Positions 59,741 through 64,000 of a stretch of DNA of 64,000 nucleotides are shown here, in pieces. Position numbers and translations under genes: made by a program. Under the pieces are notes generated by a model. The model did not search any database and had not been told where the DNA came from. It saw only the letters and a list, made by a program, of their open reading frames with translations. Origin of the DNA: a virus (Duplodnaviria; Caudoviricetes); IMG/VR virus record IMGVR_UViG_3300031555_004294, positions 64,001 to 128,000 of that record. One strand, written 5' to 3'. The stretch's first letter is position 1; every line of letters starts with the position of its first letter.

Positions 59741-60204
59741 TTTAAAGTTACTCCTTCAAATGTGACCATGATATAGCATTCATTACCAAACTGTGTAATT
59801 GCTACGATATTCAGTTTGTTCTCTCTTGCAAAAGTATTTATTTCAGTTTCAATTTCTTCAAAAGATTTATTCTTACTCTTGAAAAACTTAACCATGCTAG
59901 TTTTTGGATTAGTTCTTATTTCTTCTAATTTCCTTAAAAGATCAAAATAGTCTTCATAAACTTGAACACCACCTGGATAGGAAAGTTTGTCTTTTCCATT
60001 TCTTTTTCTCCACTCATTGATATACTTTTTTCTATAAGGATTGTTGTCTAGTAACTTATTACCATATATGAATGTATCAATTGTATTTTGCTGATCTTCT
60101 ATTCTGTCAATTGCGTCTTGAATGATATCAATGTGCATTTGTGACGATAAAAATGTTTTAAGGATTCTTAGTTCTTTTAATAGTTTAGCATTAGTATTGC
60201 TCAT
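59737..60204 (-). CDS. hypothetical protein
   Basis: AAGGAG RBS, 155 aa. Confidence 0.65.
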   Translation of the reverse strand: MSNTNAKLLKELRILKTFLSSQMHIDIIQDAIDRIEDQQNTIDTFIYGNKLLDNNPYRKKYINEWRKRNGKDKLSYPGGVQVYEDYFDLLRKLEEIRTNPKTSMVKFFKSKNKSFEEIETEINTFARENKLNIVAITQFGNECYIMVTFEGVTLK

Positions 60205-60295
60205 GTTAGTTCTCCTTAGTTATTTTAATCCGTACCCATTTTCATAATTTTAAAAGGTGTATCCTCCATTTAAGAAGATACACCTTTCATATTTT

Positions 60296-61366
60296 TTATT
60301 GCTCTTCCTGAGCTTCTTCAGTAGTTATAGTAGCAGGAATACTAAAGCTCAACAAAGTGTTTATCTGTTCTCTATCAAGACTTTTGTTAACAAATGTGTT
60401 GAACGCCTTCTCATTCAATACACAACCAGCAGACTTAGGATGACCTCCGCCACCGTACATAGTAGCGATTTGAGCTAGGTTAGGACTATCAAAGATAGTT
60501 CTAAAGTTGACAGTCTTGTGAACCATATCAACAATTGCAATGAAAGAAAGATGCTTGTTTAAAATATTGAGTCGATTACCAATTTCAGAGAAATCCTTAT
60601 CAGCATAAGTGACACCAACATTCATTACTTCACCTTCAAAAGGAAACTGAATTACTTCAAGGTTCTTATTTCTGTCGTTAATTGTTCTACGAAGATTTCT
60701 TTTGACCAATCTGATATTTGAAACCTCCATATTGCTGAAAATGTTATCGAACTTACATGTGATGTAATTGTCAACTTTTTCAAAAGTTCTTTCAAAGCCA
60801 AATTCCTTAAAGTAAATGCTAAGATCTCTAGCACCTTCATTGACAATCTCATAAGTTTCAGGATCTTGGAACTTAAATGTATCCCATGAATCAATTAAAT
60901 CGACAATTTCTCTGTATCTTTCAAAGTCAATATCATTGGTTCTCGGTGCAAATTGATTCTCAGTAAAGTAGTTAAACATGAGTTTTGTTGCACTAAACTC
61001 GTCATTAACAACACTGAAGATTTTAGACTTCTTTAAAAATTCAATTTGTTCATCGGATTTATGGTGATGATCAAAATACACAACAGGATAGCCATTATTG
61101 GCAAGACTATTAAGCTTCTGAAGCTTTTTCAAATCTAGATTAACGTCTGCGACAATCAGACCATTGTAGTTTTTGTAATTTCCATTGTAGAAGGAATCAA
61201 GTACACTATTGACTGTACCATATGAATTATAAGTTGCTTCCTTTACATTGAAAAATGTTGATGCTACTTTTCCACATCCGTAGCCATCGAGATCGTTATG
61301 GAAAATTCCATAGATTTTTCCATGCTTCATTTGATTAAACATAGTTTTGATAGTTGATTGAGTCAT
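60296..61366 (-). CDS. DHH/DHHA1 phosphoesterase (NrnB-like)
   Basis: HNDLDG, ADV, FDHH and GGGHPKSAG motifs. Confidence 0.88.
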   Translation of the reverse strand: MTQSTIKTMFNQMKHGKIYGIFHNDLDGYGCGKVASTFFNVKEATYNSYGTVNSVLDSFYNGNYKNYNGLIVADVNLDLKKLQKLNSLANNGYPVVYFDHHHKSDEQIEFLKKSKIFSVVNDEFSATKLMFNYFTENQFAPRTNDIDFERYREIVDLIDSWDTFKFQDPETYEIVNEGARDLSIYFKEFGFERTFEKVDNYITCKFDNIFSNMEVSNIRLVKRNLRRTINDRNKNLEVIQFPFEGEVMNVGVTYADKDFSEIGNRLNILNKHLSFIAIVDMVHKTVNFRTIFDSPNLAQIATMYGGGGHPKSAGCVLNEKAFNTFVNKSLDREQINTLLSFSIPATITTEEAQEEQ

Positions 61367-61465
61367 AAAATTTCTTCTCCTTAAAATAAAAATACTTTCT
61401 GTACAATGGTAATTAAATTTTGCAATACCATTGTACAGAAAAATTATATATAGACAAAAAACTCT

Positions 61466-62161
61466 TTAATTCACATTTAGCAATCTATTGAAAGCAGCTT
61501 TCTTAATTAGTGTTAGTAGTTTAGTACTGTTTATGTAGAAAGTACTATTGTAGTACAGGAAAATATCTGGTAGTAAATCTTTTGAGTTATCTAATGAAAA
61601 TGATGTACTATCACCTACAAAGTTTATATGAATTTCATCAAGGGCGATATCTTTGTTAAAAGTTGCTTTACATTCTTTTTTAGTCTCATTTGTTACGTAA
61701 ATTGAAACTAAATCTTCAAATTCTTGCTGGGTGAGTTCTCTGTCATATGTGTCTCTGTTATTAGAAAAGAAGAAAAACTTAAGCTGGTTTTCTAAAACAG
61801 ATATTTGTCTTTCCATAGTTTTATTAGTTGTAACAATACTATCATCTATGGTAACCCAATTGTTAGCATAAGTACCAATACTAGCAATACCATAATTGTA
61901 ATTGTTTGTGTCTACATTTAAGACATTGCTATTGATAGATGTAAGTGAGTCTGATGAAATGGAACTAATGGAAGTAGCTAATTCTGCTTCATCAATATTT
62001 ACATCATCAATGGTAGTATGGACGTTATCTACACTTTCTAAAACAGAACAAATAGAAAGGTCTGCACAAATATTAGATTCGGTTTCTATGGTTTTAGTTG
62101 CATCAACATCTGTAGCTGCATTTGAGTTCAACCAAGCACATATTACATTTTCGTTTGTCAT
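61466..62161 (-). CDS. hypothetical protein, C-terminus similar to 62179-62727
   Basis: LKFFFFSNNRDTY...FYINSTKLLTLIKKAAFN versus LNFYYLDHKETY...YHVNTNELCHFLRKIIFN. Confidence 0.6.
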   Translation of the reverse strand: MTNENVICAWLNSNAATDVDATKTIETESNICADLSICSVLESVDNVHTTIDDVNIDEAELATSISSISSDSLTSINSNVLNVDTNNYNYGIASIGTYANNWVTIDDSIVTTNKTMERQISVLENQLKFFFFSNNRDTYDRELTQQEFEDLVSIYVTNETKKECKATFNKDIALDEIHINFVGDSTSFSLDNSKDLLPDIFLYYNSTFYINSTKLLTLIKKAAFNRLLNVN

Positions 62162-62178
62162 ATTTACTTTCTCCTTCT

Positions 62179-62727
62179 TTAAATTTTGAGTTCTTCATTG
62201 AAAATGATTTTTCTTAGGAAATGGCAAAGTTCATTTGTGTTCACATGATATTCTTTGCACTGTATACTACTAATTTCGATAGAAGTTCTGATTAGAAGAT
62301 CCCTTACTTCAAAATTTGAAAAATTATAAGAACCCTTTATGTTATCTATATGGAATGTATAGTTATCAGAGCGTTCTTCTATATACTTTATGCGATAAGA
62401 CCAACCAGTATTATTGTTGATGTCATCAACCAAATCACCAAGTTCAACATAATGATTCTTGTAAGTTTCTTTGTGATCTAAGTAGTAAAAGTTTAGACTA
62501 TTTTGTCTTTGAGCTTCATTAATTTTAGTTTCCAATTCGCTAGCACACATTAAATCAGCCTTAGAATTTATACAGCTCCTAAGAGACTCTAAATCTGAAG
62601 AATAACCATACAGATTAAAATTTTGTAAATTGTCTATAGTACTAGCTTGAGAATATACGTTACTTTGAAGGTCATAAAGTTTATATTCTAGTTCTCTAAT
62701 TTTACTTAACAATTCTTCATTTTCCAT
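62179..62727 (-). CDS. hypothetical protein with coiled-coil N-terminus
   Basis: GAGG RBS; likely paralog of 61466-62161. Confidence 0.6.
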   Translation of the reverse strand: MENEELLSKIRELEYKLYDLQSNVYSQASTIDNLQNFNLYGYSSDLESLRSCINSKADLMCASELETKINEAQRQNSLNFYYLDHKETYKNHYVELGDLVDDINNNTGWSYRIKYIEERSDNYTFHIDNIKGSYNFSNFEVRDLLIRTSIEISSIQCKEYHVNTNELCHFLRKIIFNEELKI

Positions 62728-62756
62728 TTTAGTTCCTCTTCTCTCAAAAAAAATTA

Positions 62757-62795
62757 TCGTGTAACCACATACAGTTTAAGTATATGGTTACACGA
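62757..62795 (-). terminator. intrinsic terminator after the beta-prime gene
   Basis: TCGTGTAACCA...TGGTTACACGA with a downstream T-run on minus. Confidence 0.65.
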
Positions 62796-62802
62796 ATTTT
62801 TG

Positions 62803-64000
62803 TCAGTTAAAATACAAATCGTCTAAAATTGACTTTCCATCCTTGAAATACAATTCGGGAGACTGAATCTGCTTCTTTAAGTGTTCGAAGCTCAAAGAGA
62901 CTGCAGAAGAAGGAGAATTAAAGATACCATCAGATACTTTAAGAATTACATATCCTTCATCATCATCATATCTTTCAGGTTTCTTAGTTAAGTCATCTGC
63001 ATCTCTACAAAGTTCTCTTAAAATAAGTTCTGCATGAACTGCGTTCAAACCAATATCACCTTCATTAAGCAACTCAATGAATTTATTCGTCATGTCATCA
63101 ATATTTGTAACACCTAAATGGTCTGAACTTTCAATCAGGTCAATAATTGCTTGCAGAGAAGTTGAAAGCTCATTATTTTCAAGATTGAAAGTAAATACTG
63201 CATCGTTAATTGCACATAAAGATTTAACACCTAACACAATTTTGTTGTTACTATCACGAACTGGATTAGTCTGAATCAAGTCTGAAATTGTATTAGAAAA
63301 TACTAATTTCATGGGAGGTTCAATTTCAATTTCATGACCTAAACGTCCTTTAATGACGAACTTTGATATTGTAAGGTTGTTTTCATCGTCAGTCTCAATG
63401 TACTCATCATCAATGATGATATTTGCACCAGACTTTTCTTTTTCTGTGTCAATATAAATTGAACCCTTGTCTATGATGAAATACTCTAACATTTCTTTAG
63501 GCCAATCTATAACATCTGATGAAGTAGTCTGTAAGTGCTTAGCACTCAGAAGCTTCTGAGTTAACTGTTCGGTAAGTTCTAGTACTGCTAAAATACCAAT
63601 ATGGATGTTACTATTTACATGTGCTAGATCACCATAACAAGTTTTACAAACTTTACCATCATGACATTTACATTTAACTGGTGTTCTAAACTTAAGAGTT
63701 TGTCCAATCAAATTCTTGTGTATCTTATTGTCAAATCTCTCTAATGTTTCGTCTTCTTCATTCAAGAAATATCTAAGGTTAAATCTCTTAGCAGTATTTT
63801 CAGAGTCAATTAATACTTCGCTGTACTCGTCGGTACCACAATCATCTTCCTCAGATAAGAAAGTATCCATTAAGAGTAGTGACAATTTTCTTGTTAGGTA
63901 GCCCGATTCCTTGACCCTTTTATGGCTCGTTATGAGTGCCTTACGAGCTAGTATCGCTACTATGAAGAAGTCAGTAATATTCTTAAGTCCTTTTAGGTAA
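62803..64000 (-). CDS. multisubunit RNA polymerase beta-prime C-terminal part (5'-truncated by window)
   Basis: The frame is open to the window end: bridge helix ARKALITSHKRVKESGYLTRKL, zinc site CKCHDGKVCKTCYG, trigger loop EQLTQKLLSAKH. Confidence 0.92.
   Translation of the reverse strand, partial: YLKGLKNITDFFIVAILARKALITSHKRVKESGYLTRKLSLLLMDTFLSEEDDCGTDEYSEVLIDSENTAKRFNLRYFLNEEDETLERFDNKIHKNLIGQTLKFRTPVKCKCHDGKVCKTCYGDLAHVNSNIHIGILAVLELTEQLTQKLLSAKHLQTTSSDVIDWPKEMLEYFIIDKGSIYIDTEKEKSGANIIIDDEYIETDDENNLTISKFVIKGRLGHEIEIEPPMKLVFSNTISDLIQTNPVRDSNNKIVLGVKSLCAINDAVFTFNLENNELSTSLQAIIDLIESSDHLGVTNIDDMTNKFIELLNEGDIGLNAVHAELILRELCRDADDLTKKPERYDDDEGYVILKVSDGIFNSPSSAVSLSFEHLKKQIQSPELYFKDGKSILDDLYFN

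Noticed and set aside
63885-64000. Third intron or true start at 63885 in the beta-prime gene
   Set aside because: The frame continues without a stop through the bridge helix to the window edge.

Overview
Strongly AT-rich segment of a jumbo phage genome of the phiKZ/AR9 (PBS1)-like type, probably infecting a Firmicute (AGGAGG ribosome-binding sites, LysM and C39-peptidase virion proteins). It encodes multisubunit RNA polymerase beta and beta-prime parts, a terminase large subunit, tail, baseplate and head proteins, RusA, an SF2 helicase, PhoH, an all-alpha NTPase, a macrodomain, a DHH phosphoesterase, 9 tRNAs and many small early genes. The main finding is that two essential genes are split by related group I introns whose P6 loops carry antisense transcription units rather than homing endonucleases. 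The RNAP beta intron (3803-9286, minus strand, 5484 nt) encloses a 12-gene plus-strand operon with its own promoter and terminator; splicing predicts a 1411-aa beta subunit. The terminase intron (43983-44669, 687 nt) encloses one antisense membrane-protein gene; splicing predicts a 687-aa terminase. Host genes sit behind an AR9-type late motif (AACA-N6-TA) and the cargo sits behind a different, putative early motif (AATATATATTCT), suggesting that the same DNA is used in opposite directions at different times. Product calls come from motifs read by eye; no searches were run.
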